Source: an uncultured delta proteobacterium (GTDB lineage Bacteria > Desulfobacterota > Binatia > UBA9968). From it: a DNA stretch of 64,000 bases. Below, piece by piece: positions 9,214 to 19,874 of this stretch. The stretch is taken from the NCBI GenBank assembly GCA_963755715.1, contig CAVWLW010000027.1, positions 160,001 through 224,000 on the forward strand, written 5' to 3'. Under the pieces are notes generated by a model that made no database searches, had not been told where the DNA came from, and saw only the letters and a list, made by a program, of their open reading frames with translations. How positions within the stretch are numbered: position 1 is the first letter of the stretch; each line of letters opens with the position of its first letter. Both the position numbers and the translations under genes were made by a program.

Positions 9214-10567
9214 TTAAAACAACAACTCGCTCACCCGCTCCATGAGGTCGCGGTGGGCTCACCTTTGCGTCGGCAAGGATCTTTTTCTCATCGAGCTGTG
9301 TGAGCGCGCGATCACGCATTAAGATTTCCCCGTTGACGATCACCGTCTGCACGTCGCTCGCTTTGGCGCAGTGAACTATTTGGCTGAAAATATCGTTCAC
9401 CGGCTGGTTATGAATCGTGTTCATGTCGAGAAGAATCAAGTCCGCCTGCTTGCCGACTTCGATCGTGCCGCACGTAGAATCGAGCCCCAACGCCTTGGCG
9501 CCGCCGATCGTCGCCATGCGCAGGACAGAATACGGATCGATGACGCCCGCGTCTTGGTGATGCACTTTCTGCAGCAGTGACGCCGCCTTCATCGTGTCGA
9601 AGAGATCCTGCGAGTGGTTGCTCGCGGCGCCGTCGGTGCCAAGGGCGACGTTCACCCCTTCACGCAACATCTCCACCACCGGGGCAACACCGTCGCCGAG
9701 CATCATATTGCTCACCGGGTTATGCGACACGGATGTGCCGGTTTCTTTCAGTATCTCAATTTCATCCTTCGACACGTGCACCGAGTGGGCGAAGATCGAA
9801 TTTTTTCCCGGGATGCCGAACTCTTGCAAAAATTCTATGACGCCGTTCTTGCCGTGATCGCGCCGCACGCACTCTACCACCGACTTCGATTCCGCCACGT
9901 GCGCGCTGATGCCGAGAGAATGATCGTCGGCAAAGCGGCGCAGCTCGCGAAGTAAATCCCGCGTGGTGTTGATCGGCGGCGTGTTCGGTCCGGTCATGAA
10001 TGAGAGCCGAGCGTCGTTTCGGTGCTTGGCTAAAATTGCCTCGATGGAATGAAACGCTTGCTCGGGCTTTTCTTTCGTACAGTCCGGAACGATCTCGCCG
10101 GTGTCCATAATCGTGCGCGCGAAAACCGCGCGCAAACCGGACTGTTGAATCGCGCCGATAGTCGCAAACGCACACTCAGCGCTAGGATTGAGGAAATTAT
10201 GCTCGCACACGGTCGTCACGCCGCTGCGGATCGCCTCGACACAGCCGAGCAAGCTGCCGGTGTAAAAATGTTCCGGCCGCAGCACTCGAGCGCAGCCGTA
10301 GATGCGCTTGAGCCACGGCATCAGCTCGAGATCTTCCCAGACCGCGCGCAGTAAAACCTGATACAGATGCGTGTGCGCGTTGATTAATCCCGGCATGAGC
10401 ATGCAACCGGAGGCGTCGATGATTCGTTCCGTCTCTGTGTTTTTTGGCGGCGCGCCGGTTCCGATCTCGGTAATCACGCCGTCTTTTGTACCGACGTAAC
10501 CGTTAAACGACCGGCGTTCATCGGTCATCGGAATGATGAGCGCATTGGTGATAATCAGATTACTCAT
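9214..10567 (-). CDS. Metal-dependent amidohydrolase (MtaD/SsnA/TrzA-like deaminase); frameshift near 9260
   Basis: Motifs PGLINAHTH, HVAES, HNPVSN and ALGTDG; the likely true C-terminus HRDLMERVSELLF ends at TAA 9214-9216 in another frame. Confidence 0.85.
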
Positions 10568-10586
10568 TCGTCCCTTGTATCAGTTG

Positions 10587-10616
10587 TGCCGTCCTGAGCA
10601 AAAGCGAAGGATCTCG
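10587..10616 (+). repeat. REP-like element (GTCCTGAGC..GCGAAGGATCTCG)
   Basis: Close match to 13518-13546. Confidence 0.65.
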
Positions 10617-10742
10617 CCTTGGTCAACCTTTGGATCGGGCGGGATTGATTTTCCGATTGCGATGCCGTCTCACACGCGGAAGAAATTCTCTGAGCCGTAT
10701 CCCGCAGAAACCACCAAAGCGGAAAATAATTGTCTCACTGAC

Positions 10743-11726
10743 TCAGCCGGCTTTTCCGAACAGCTTATCCACGAACCCGCTTTTGCGGATTTCTTCCATG
10801 AGGCTCCCATCGATGAAGTCTTCAGCTTTCGCGCCGCGGGCTTTGGGCATGGGCAGCGAATCGATGACGTTTTGAATGCCGCGGGTTTCGGGCGACGGAA
10901 AGTCGCGAAAGGATTTGGACAGCCTTTCATAAAGCGCAGTCACGTCAGCGTCGCCGTTACTCTGGCGCAAGACGGCGCGCGCCACGTCGGGCTTGGACTT
11001 GAAGGTGTAAATTCCTTCGATCAACGCCTGCAAAAATCGCTTGACGTTGTCTCTTTGGTTTTTGAGCAAGGAGCCGGAAACCACCACGCCGTAGTTGGCG
11101 AACTCGAGCGGCAGCTCGGAAAGATCCGCCAGCACGCGGCAGCAACCCGTGGCGACGATCTTCGCCACACCCGTCGAGCTAACCAGCGCGGCATCCATGT
11201 GGCCGGCGATCAGCGCGGCGGTGCGCGTCGGTGTGTTGCCGGATTGGAAGAAGCTCACGTCTTTATCCGGGTCGAGCTTCCAGTAGCGCAGTGCCACGCG
11301 AGTCATAATATCCGAGCCCGAGCCGAAGCGGCTGATCGTGATCTTTTTGCCCTTGAGATCGGCCGGCGTCTTAATGCTGCTGCGCACGACAAAAAACGGC
11401 TCGAGACGATTGATCGGCACGGCGATGACCTTGAGACTGTGACCGGCCAAAGCCAGGCTGAGCATTGCCGGAGTGTCGAAACCGGCGATGCCGATGTCCC
11501 CCGACGACAGCGTCTGCGCCATCAAGCTTCCACTGGAAAGGTAAATTGTGCGCACGTCGATGCCATGCTTGCGCCAGAGCCCGTTGCGCTCGATCACTTT
11601 GAGCAGATCCGAACCGATGCCAGCGCCGCTGAAGCCCATATTGAGGATCGGAACATTTTGCGCTGACGCCGGCACACTCAACCACAAAAGCAAAGCCGCG
11701 CTGAGCTTGATCAGCCATTTTTGCAT
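10743..11726 (-). CDS. NMT1/SsuA-like ABC substrate-binding protein
   Basis: Signal peptide ending ASA-Q; DLKGKKITISRFGSGSD; GGAGG RBS. Confidence 0.88.
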   Translation of the reverse strand: MQKWLIKLSAALLLWLSVPASAQNVPILNMGFSGAGIGSDLLKVIERNGLWRKHGIDVRTIYLSSGSLMAQTLSSGDIGIAGFDTPAMLSLALAGHSLKVIAVPINRLEPFFVVRSSIKTPADLKGKKITISRFGSGSDIMTRVALRYWKLDPDKDVSFFQSGNTPTRTAALIAGHMDAALVSSTGVAKIVATGCCRVLADLSELPLEFANYGVVVSGSLLKNQRDNVKRFLQALIEGIYTFKSKPDVARAVLRQSNGDADVTALYERLSKSFRDFPSPETRGIQNVIDSLPMPKARGAKAEDFIDGSLMEEIRKSGFVDKLFGKAG

Positions 11727-11847
11727 GATGTCCTCCATACGATCGCCGATCCGCTTGAACGCATAAGTATTATAGTCCAGTACGAACCGTCAATGCGCAG
11801 CGGTCATGAAACGAAGCCGCCGTCGAATCAATCGATCTTTCTTCCCC

Positions 11848-11877
11848 TTGACCCGTGCAACCGAACGGGATTAAGCT
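11848..11877 (+). promoter_or_regulatory. Putative sigma70 promoter for the cupin gene
   Basis: TTGACC-N18-TAAGCT. Confidence 0.45.
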
Positions 11878-11905
11878 TCAGGAAATTTCAAACCCGAGGT
11901 GATCC

Positions 11906-12313
11906 ATGGCACAAGATGCGAAAGAATTTAGATATCAGACTCCCCAATTCGAAGGTGTCAAAAAAACGTTGCAAGTTTGCAACAGCGACCTGATGAAGGT
12001 CCAGGTGCAGGTAGTCAAAAACGGCGGCGAAAATAATCTGCATACGCACACCGGCGATGACGCATTCTGGTATGTCATCAACGGCGCCGCCAAATTTTAC
12101 GGCGAAGGCGACAAGCTAATCGGAGAATACAAGAAGGGCGAAGGGATTTTGGTCCCGCGCGGCTTCAAATACTGGTTTGAAAGTTCCTCGAGCGAAGCGC
12201 TGGAAGTACTGCGCGTGACCGCCAAAGATCAAAACGTCGAAAACAAGCGCGTCGACCTCTCGCCCCAGAAGCAGTGGATGGTCGAGCAAAACACCTTCGG
12301 CACCCGCCAGTAA
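11906..12313 (+). CDS. Cupin domain protein
   Basis: GGENNLHTH...WYVING and ILVPRGFKYWF cupin motifs. Confidence 0.85.
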   Translation: MAQDAKEFRYQTPQFEGVKKTLQVCNSDLMKVQVQVVKNGGENNLHTHTGDDAFWYVINGAAKFYGEGDKLIGEYKKGEGILVPRGFKYWFESSSSEALEVLRVTAKDQNVENKRVDLSPQKQWMVEQNTFGTRQ

Positions 12314-12347
12314 ATCGGTCCGAGCGCAATCATTCGTTTCGCACCAT

Positions 12348-12377
12348 CGTAGGGGACGGTCGTGACCGTCCCCTACG
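12348..12377. repeat. GTAG-type REP palindrome
   Basis: cGTAGGGGACGGTC-gt-GACCGTCCCCTACg, a perfect 14-bp inverted repeat. Confidence 0.8.
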
Positions 12378-12479
12378 TGCTTTCTCACGGCGCTGGGGCG
12401 CCGCTTGCGGCAAATTTGAGCTGGCAGAGAAATTCTTTTTTTAATATAACCTCAAGCAATTTCTGTAAGAGGTGAACGC

Positions 12480-13469
12480 ATGCGGTTAAGTAGATCTCAG
12501 CAAATTCTCTTGGCTTTGTTTCTGATCGTGATGTGGCCGCTCAAGATTGCCTCGGCTGCCGAGCTATTGCCGTTGCGTGCGAGTTACTCGTCGATCGGCG
12601 GGGCTTTTGCGCCGCTCTGGCTCGCGCAAGATAAAGGGCTTTTCACCAAATACGGCCTCGCAGTAGAGCTAAAGTATATTCTCTCGGCTACGGGAACCCA
12701 GGCGCTTTTTTCCGGTAGCATCGATATCGTCAATCCCGCCACGGAGATCGTTGAAGCCGGCCTGGGCGGTCAGCGCGTAGCTTTTATAATAGGAATTCTC
12801 AATCGCGCCGTGCTTTCCGTTTACAGCAAAGCGGAATTGCGCCAATTGACCGATCTGCGCGGCAAGGTCATGGGAGTTACATTACCGGGATCGACCACCG
12901 ACCTCACCGCGAAGATACTTTTTCAACAAGCCGGCATGGTTCCGGGCAAAGACGTGCAGGTGACTCACTTGCAAGGCATGCCGGATATCATCACCGCGTT
13001 AACGCAAGGACGGATCGACGCCGGCGTTGTCTCCGCGCCGACGACGTTGAAGCTGCGCCAAGCCGGCTTTAAAGAGCTCGTCGATGTCGCCGCTCGAAAC
13101 GTGCCGATGATACACGCCGGGCTCGCGACGACAAAGGATTTTATCAAGAACAATCCTGAAAAAGTGCGCCGCTACGTGCAAGCGTACATCGAAGGCACAA
13201 AGATCGCGCGCACCGACCCGGAGACAACCAAACAGATAATCGGCAAGTATACCAAGACCGACAACAAAGAAGACTTGGACGAGACGTACAACACCTACGC
13301 CAAGGTTTGGGAGCAAGCGCCGTACGTCTCCGCCGCCGGCATGCAGACGCTGCTCAATTTTGCCGTCAATCCAGCCGGCAAAACCGCGAAACCGGAACAG
13401 TTCATCGACAACTCGTTCGTCGCCGAGTTGGAAAAGTCCGGCTTTATTGAAAAGCTCTACAAACCGTAA
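12480..13469 (+). CDS. NMT1/SsuA-like ABC substrate-binding protein
   Basis: Signal peptide; GLFTKYGL, DLRGKVMGV and FIDNSFV..LEKSGFI motifs. Confidence 0.88.
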   Translation: MRLSRSQQILLALFLIVMWPLKIASAAELLPLRASYSSIGGAFAPLWLAQDKGLFTKYGLAVELKYILSATGTQALFSGSIDIVNPATEIVEAGLGGQRVAFIIGILNRAVLSVYSKAELRQLTDLRGKVMGVTLPGSTTDLTAKILFQQAGMVPGKDVQVTHLQGMPDIITALTQGRIDAGVVSAPTTLKLRQAGFKELVDVAARNVPMIHAGLATTKDFIKNNPEKVRRYVQAYIEGTKIARTDPETTKQIIGKYTKTDNKEDLDETYNTYAKVWEQAPYVSAAGMQTLLNFAVNPAGKTAKPEQFIDNSFVAELEKSGFIEKLYKP

Positions 13470-13517
13470 GTAGAACAAAATTCCTATCACGTTGATCGCT
13501 GCGACTATGTGCGTAAA

Positions 13518-13546
13518 TATCATCCTGAGCAACGCGAAGGATCTCG
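13518..13546 (+). repeat. REP-like element (ATCATCCTGAGC..GCGAAGGATCTCG)
   Basis: Close match to 10587-10616. Confidence 0.65.
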
Positions 13547-13575
13547 CATTATTGCGCTCGGAAGGAATATTCCCT

Positions 13576-14716
13576 GTGGATTTCGGCTTTACCCAAGAGC
13601 AACAAAAGCTAATTGATCGAGTCAATCAACTGGTGCAAGAGCGCATCGCACCCCGGGCCGCTCAGTACGATCAATCTTTCGAAGCGCCGATTGAGGACGT
13701 TCAAGATCTCCATCGAGAAGGCTGGCTGCTGGCAAATCTCGATAAGCGACGCGGCGGTCTCGGCTACGGTTTACACGGCGATGATCCATTGTCTTTTTTT
13801 CTCATCGACGAGCATCTGGCCTACGGTAATCCTTCGACGGCGCACTGTTTCCAGGTGCACAACAACGCGCTCATGATGATCGATGCCATGGCCGCCGACG
13901 CGCAAATCCAACGCTGGATCGAGCCGACGGTCAAGCATGGCGCTTTGATTCCCGGCGCCGGCGCTGAACCGCACGGAAGCGCGCCGACCACGGCAAAACG
14001 CGCTACCGGTGGCTTTCGGGTAAGCGGCACCAAACATTACGCAACCAATGCAAGTTTGGCGGAGTGGCTGTGGATCGGCCGCGTCGACTTCGGACTCGCA
14101 CGCCAAACCGATCATGTTCATGATGCACAGAGACACGCAGGGGTTGAAAATCGATACCGAGGTCTGGCGCCCGACCGGAATGCGCGCCTGTGTCAGTCCG
14201 TGGCTCTATCTTGACGACTGCTTCGTGCCGGAGGAAAACTTGCTCGGCCAACCGGGGCAATTTCTCGGTGAGAACTGGATGGGCAAGATCAACTTCGCTT
14301 TTACGGCGAATTATTTAGGTTCGGCGCGGGCGATGTACGACTGGGCTTTGAATTACATCCGCGAGCGCGGCGGCGGCAAGGATTCCTACCGCCAGCTCCG
14401 CTTCGGCGAGCTAAAAAGTATGCTCGATGCCTCGCGCCTGCTGCTCTACAATACCGTTCGAATGTTCAAGACCAACCCCGATGGCGCGATGGTTGCCGCC
14501 CACGAGGCCAAATGGATGGCCAAAGAAACCCTGGAAAAAATCATGTGGAGCGCCGCCGAAGTTTGTGGCTCAACTTCGTTATTCGAAAAACACCCGCTGG
14601 AGCGCTTTTATCGCGATATGCATCTGCACATGATGCACGGCCGGCACGACATCGCCGCGCAAATCGTCGGCGCGTCGGAGCTAGGCGAGCCCTACGACGT
14701 CAATCGGACACACTAG
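13576..14716 (+). CDS. Acyl-CoA dehydrogenase-fold flavoprotein (DszC/SfnB-like); frameshift near 14090
   Basis: GTG start MDFGFTQEQ; SGTKHYAT; W.PTGMRA..S and LERFYRD in the second frame. Confidence 0.82.
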
Positions 14717-14800
14717 AGGAAAGGATAAAGGCAAAGGGATAAAGGATAAAAAAGCGAGTCCCAGTAAATTTTATCCTTTTGCCTTTATCCTTCATCCTTT
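14717..14800. repeat. Tandem-inverted repeat with a 7-nt AAGGATA unit
   Basis: Left arm about 4x AAGGATA, right arm about 4x TATCCTT; fills the gap between two convergent genes. Confidence 0.85.
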
Positions 14801-15768
14801 ATTTTCCCGCTTCCAACTCTTTCATCGCCTGGCGCGCGAAGGAAAAGTCTCTGACTTCATCCAGTGGCCGCTTTTTTTCGCCGACGCGCGCGATGATCGC
14901 TTCGATTTCCGCATCGGTCATTGTGCCGTCTTTGCTGAGGGTTTTGAGCTCGCCGTCGTAGGAATGCTCGGCGATGTCGAGCGGCTGGGGTAGCCATTTG
15001 ATCAGAGTTTGAATCGTCTCTTGGCGGTTGTCGAGAATATACAAGTGTGCTCGCAGCAGCGCCTTGAGCGTGCGCCTGACCACCTGCGGATTTTCCTTGA
15101 TGAGACGATCGGAAGTGAGCATACCGGCGGAGGGCAAGCCTACTTCGGGCGGGCCGGCCAACGCCGGATAACCCATTTTTTTGAGCATTAAATCGTGCGG
15201 CGGCGCGACACAGATCGCTTCCACCGCGCCGCTGATAAGCGCTTGCATGCGCACTGGCCCGTCGCCGATGGCGACCGCTTGCAGCAGATTTGGATTGAAT
15301 CCCTTCGCTTGCAGCATTTCTTCGGCGACCAACTGGTCCGTGCCTTTGATCGTAGCGACGCCGATGCGCTTGCCTTTGAACTGCTGCACATCTTTGATGT
15401 CGGGACGAACCATCACGTAGTACGGACCTTTTTTGAGATGAATGAAAACAAGCTTCATCGGAAAACCCTGGAGCACGCCGCGAAATACGCTGGTGAACGG
15501 CGTGGCAAAGGACACATCGCCGTTGACCACCGCCGTCGCGCCAAGCCGCGGGTTCATCTGAATGATCTCCACCTCCAAGCCTTCGCCTTTGAAGTAGCCC
15601 TTTTGCAACGCCATATACTGCGGCATCGCCGAGCTGCTGCGGCTCGCGTAAGCGATCCGCACTTTTTGCGGCGCCTCAGCGCTGAAAATCGGCGTCGCGA
15701 TGCCGAGCACGAAAGCAACATGAAACATCAACGACAGAAAGACGATGAGCGCGGTTACTCGCCAACAT
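14799..15768 (-). CDS. NMT1/SsuA-like ABC substrate-binding protein (frameshift in the signal peptide)
   Basis: GYFKGEGLEVE and FKGKRIGV motifs; ATG 15768 is one base out of frame with WRVTALIVFLSL. Confidence 0.82.
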
Positions 15769-15782
15769 AAGGCTCCGTCCTT

Positions 15783-16749
15783 TCACTGCACGCCCAATTC
15801 TTTTTGCACTTCTCTTAACAAGCGTGTAATCGACCAATCGCTCGGGCGGAAAGTCGACATTCTTGCCGACCGCCGTGCCGAGTGTCTCGATCATGACTTT
15901 CAATCCTTTGTCCGTGGCCAGCCCGTTTTCGCTCATCGCCGGCAGCAGCGAAGCATAAACTTTATCCGCCACCGCGTCCTGCAGTTTGTAATCCTTGGCG
16001 ATGAAACGTACCGTCTCGGCGCGATTTTTGAGCGTGAATTGCAAACCGCGCAGCGTACCGCGCAAAAGTTTCTTGATCAGCTCTCGCTTGTTCTTGAGCG
16101 TCGCGTCGGAAACCGTAAAGCCGCTCTGAGGAAATTCGAGAAAATCGCCGACGTAAGCGAGCACACGCAACCCCATTTGCTCGGCATACACGTTAAAGGG
16201 CGGCGACAACGTCGTCGCGTCAAATGAGCCGGCCTTGAGTCCCTGGAGACGCGTTGACGTCGAACCGGCGACGATGCGTTTCATATCCTTGTCCGGATCC
16301 AATTTTCCGCTCGCAGCGTAGATTTTCATGGACAAATCGGTGTCGCTGCCAAAGGAGCTGATGCCGATCGTCTTGATTTTTAGATCGGCGGCGGATTTTA
16401 TCTCCGGCCGTGCGACGACGTAAAACGTCGGTTTTTTGAAAAGCCAGATGACTGTGCGCACCGGCACGTTCTGACTCGCGATAAAGCGCGACGCCGAACC
16501 GACGCAGCCGGTCGCCTGCAGATCGCCCGTCAAGAGAGCCGTCACCGCAATATCGCATTTGGTATTGAGCAGCTTGACGTCCAATCCAAGTTCCTTGAAA
16601 AAGCCTCTTTCAATGGCGAGATCGAAGTGAAAAAAATTGAGACTCTTGCCCGGATTGCCGATGAAGACTTCTTGGCCCACCGCCAAAGACGCGAGCAGAA
16701 GGTTTAAAGCGATCAGCACCACACAGATTGAACAATTGAATCTCATCAT
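15783..16749 (-). CDS. NMT1/SsuA-like ABC substrate-binding protein (frameshift near 15820)
   Basis: Signal peptide, GFFKELGLDV and ISSFGSDTD; the likely true end REVQKELGVQ-TGA is at 15783. Confidence 0.82.
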
Positions 16750-16760
16750 CACCCCGCCCC

Positions 16761-16844
16761 GGAGTGATGGAGTACTGGAGGGGTGGAGTGATGGGTTTCC
16801 GAGCCAATACCCCAGTACTCCAACACGCCATTACTCCAGTTCCC
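16761..16844. repeat. Tandem-inverted repeat with an 8-nt GGAGTRNT unit
   Basis: GGAGTGAT GGAGTACT GGAGGGGT GGAGTGAT, then CCAATACC CCAGTACT CCAACACG CCATTACT. Confidence 0.85.
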
Positions 16845-16851
16845 GCTATCC

Positions 16852-17943
16852 TTACAAAGCATAGAACGCCCGCGGATTATCGATCATGATTTTTTGCCGC
16901 AACTGCGGCGATAAGTCCTGCCGAGCGTTGAGGACGTTGACGAATTGATCTTCGCGCGACGGATCGCTGTGCGGATAGTCCGAGCCGATCAGCAGATGAT
17001 CATCGCCGGTGTATTTCGCCAGATACGGAATATCCTCGTCGGCTTCGCACGCGACGTAGAGCCGATACTCGCGAAACAGCTCTGCGCTCGAGCCGAAACG
17101 AAATTTGTCCTTCTGCAAGCGCCGCACGATGTGAATCAAAAACGGCACCCAGCCGGCCGCCGCCTCGATGAAGCCGAAGCGGAGCTCGGGAAACTGTTCG
17201 GGAATCTTATTGGCGATGAGGTCGCGGAAGGCGAGCAGCGGCATCACCCGAGTGTGGCCGAAGGTGTGATTCCGAGATAGCTCGAACATTTCGAGAATCG
17301 CCCTGACGCCGCAGCCGGTGTGAACGCAAATCGACAGGTTCTGTTTCTGCGCTTCCTCGTAAATCGGAAAGAGGTACGGATTGTCGAGGGTGTAGTCGCC
17401 TTCGATGCCGCGAAAGAAAATACCGACGGCGCCATTTTGTTTGGCGAAGCGGATTTCGTCGACTGCTTCGCTCATCGACTGAAACGGCAAAACCGCGACC
17501 CAGTTCATCCGATCCGACGCCTGGGCGCAGGCCTGCGCGAGGAAACGGTTGTAGGCACGGCACAGCGCGATCTCCAGGTCACGGTCCTTGGTGTTATAAA
17601 CGAGAAAAAGCGTAGGATAAACGACCTGCTTGGCGGTATGGAGCTTATCCATATCGGCGAGGCGACCCTTGATGTCGGTCATTTCCCTCGTCGCCGGCGT
17701 GGAGTCTTTGCGGCCCGCCTGGACTTTTTGCGCAGAGGGGGTGACGAGAGCAAAACTCCCCTTGCCCGCCGGCTTGGGGTAGATTTCGCCGTCGATCAGC
17801 CAAAACGCATTGCGGTTGCCGTACCAAGTGTCTTCGGGCACCGACAGCATGATGGGCCGGCGCGGCTGCATCGCCTTCTCCATCATCGCCCACATCGCTT
17901 CGCCTTCGGAAATGTGCGTATCGGCATCGATAATTCCTTGCAT
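16852..17943 (-). CDS. Amidohydrolase_2 family protein
   Basis: Motifs IDADTH, ICVHTG, FIEAAAGW and GSDYPH. Confidence 0.88.
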   Translation of the reverse strand: MQGIIDADTHISEGEAMWAMMEKAMQPRRPIMLSVPEDTWYGNRNAFWLIDGEIYPKPAGKGSFALVTPSAQKVQAGRKDSTPATREMTDIKGRLADMDKLHTAKQVVYPTLFLVYNTKDRDLEIALCRAYNRFLAQACAQASDRMNWVAVLPFQSMSEAVDEIRFAKQNGAVGIFFRGIEGDYTLDNPYLFPIYEEAQKQNLSICVHTGCGVRAILEMFELSRNHTFGHTRVMPLLAFRDLIANKIPEQFPELRFGFIEAAAGWVPFLIHIVRRLQKDKFRFGSSAELFREYRLYVACEADEDIPYLAKYTGDDHLLIGSDYPHSDPSREDQFVNVLNARQDLSPQLRQKIMIDNPRAFYAL

Positions 17944-17976
17944 AGCTTTCACCTCGAATAATGAATTTGTGCTCGG

Positions 17977-18828
17977 CTAATAGAAATTGTGCTCGATGGA
18001 AAGATAGAGCAGCGCGCCATAATTGCCCGCGTTGCGATTAAGGCCGATCGGCGCCCCAGCACCAACAACGACCTGCAATTTCTCCTCGTTCACCACTGCC
18101 GTCCGAAAGCCCGGCGAGATCACCGGCAGGAATTCCCGCCTGGCCTTGCCCGCATCATTGATGCTTTCCTGGAACACGCCAATCCATTCGAGCATCAGGT
18201 GAAACCGCGGCAATAACGCGAATATCCCGCTCGCTCCAAGGTTATATGTAACCAGTGAATGACGCGGCGAAAGAGGCCCCGTGCTGCCGCCCAGGCGCTC
18301 CCGTACACCGGGAAGATAAGTGACGCCCAGATTGGCGTTCGTCGCGAATCGCGGGCCGAGCTTCTTGCTGAAAGGAAGCGCCCATTGATAGCCGACCACG
18401 CCATTGCCGGTGCCGCGATCGCGGTTGCCGGTCGGCAGGATCAGACTAAAACGCGGCGCGAAAGCAGGCTTGAACTCCCCCTCTTCCAGCGCCTGGTAAC
18501 GATAATTGAGCAGCATATCGCCGATACCGTAAATGCGGTCTGGCTCTTGGATCAGATGGCCCGACAGAATCGTATATGAGAACTGATGCTCTTGGGAAAA
18601 GACCGGCCATTCCTGCGTGAAATTGAATAGCCATCCGTGCTGTGCTCCGCTCGTCGTGTACGATGCATTGAAAATATGCTGCACGACTCCCGGCTCTTGG
18701 TTGTAGGCCTCTTCGATGAGAAAACTGTTGTCTTCAATCACCTCGATCGGCGTCTCCTCTGCGGCGCGGGCCATAGAACAAAGCAAAACTGCCCACAAGA
18801 TTACAGTCCATAGACCCGTTACTCTCAT
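17977..18828 (-). CDS. Outer-membrane beta-barrel channel (phenol-degradation MetA-like 'transporter' family)
   Basis: Signal peptide, EEAYNQEPG, GIGDMLLNYRYQ, LILPTG, amphipathic strands and a terminal aromatic residue. Confidence 0.7.
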   Translation of the reverse strand: MRVTGLWTVILWAVLLCSMARAAEETPIEVIEDNSFLIEEAYNQEPGVVQHIFNASYTTSGAQHGWLFNFTQEWPVFSQEHQFSYTILSGHLIQEPDRIYGIGDMLLNYRYQALEEGEFKPAFAPRFSLILPTGNRDRGTGNGVVGYQWALPFSKKLGPRFATNANLGVTYLPGVRERLGGSTGPLSPRHSLVTYNLGASGIFALLPRFHLMLEWIGVFQESINDAGKARREFLPVISPGFRTAVVNEEKLQVVVGAGAPIGLNRNAGNYGALLYLSIEHNFY

Positions 18829-18853
18829 CCAGTTTTCCCCCGACGCGAAAATC

Positions 18854-19802
18854 TTAAGGTATGTACCGCAAATCTATCAGTTGTTGAACCGTCAATCCCT
18901 TGGCTTTGGAATTCTCCTTGGCAGCAGCATCGAGCACCACTTCCATGCCTTTTAAAGTCGGTTTGCCGTCATCGGGAGTCGCCCGCAGAGAGCCGTCATA
19001 AATCACTTCGCCCATTTGCCGGTCGGGAAGTTTGCTCAAAAAAATGATTTTCTTCACCGCCTCATCTCGATGGCTTTTAAAATAGCGCACCGATTCCACA
19101 TAAGCGCGCATGAAACTCCGCGCCGTTTGCGACTGGCTTTCGAGATAATCATCGCGCACGACAACGTTTACATGGGGAAACTCGATGCCCTTCTCGATAA
19201 AATCGAGCAAAACTCCATAGCCCATTTTTTGCGCTACCGCGGTTTCCTCCGGGCTTAGCACCGTCGCTTGGATCGCTCCCGATTTCATCGCCACCAGCCG
19301 CGCTTGCGATCCACCTACCTGGATGACTTGCACGTCGTTGGTCGCCAGCGCAAATTGATTCAACGCGAGACGGACAACGTAATCGGTATTGCTGCCAAAG
19401 CGGCTGATGCCGATCTTTTTCCCCTTCAGTTGCTCCGGGTTACGAATGCCCGCCGTCGCAATAAAAGTGTAGGGCAGCAAGTTCACCGCGCCGCCGATGA
19501 TTTTGATCTTGGCGCCTTGCAAATAGGCATTGACGACCGGCGGTCCGCCGGTCATGAGTATATCGAGGCTCTTGCCGATCAGGGCTTGGAGCGACAAAGA
19601 CCCGCCGGGGATAAATATCATCTCCAGATTAAGTCCCTGCTTCTTGAAAATCCCGGCGTCTTGACCCAGATAAATCGGCGCGATCCCGCCAAAGCCGTTG
19701 AACGCAACCCGCACGTTAGTGGTCTGGGCAAACGAGCGTACGTCAGCGCCGATGATGACACCGACCAGCAGTACTACGATGCAAATCGTTCTTAAATGTC
19801 AT
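18854..19802 (-). CDS. NMT1/SsuA-like ABC substrate-binding protein (frameshift just after the start)
   Basis: GIFKKQGL and LKGKKIGISRFGSNTD; the signal peptide LRTICIVVLLVG is one base out of frame with ATG 19802. Confidence 0.82.
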
Positions 19803-19841
19803 TCTCTTCGCTTTCCGCTGAGAAAAGCGAAATCCGAGAGC

Positions 19842-19866
19842 GAAACGTTTTGAACGATTGGAACGG
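19842..19866 (+). repeat. 9-nt TTGAACGNT tandem repeat
   Basis: gaaacgttt tgaacgatt ggaacgg. Confidence 0.55.
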
Positions 19867-19874
19867 ATTTTTAT

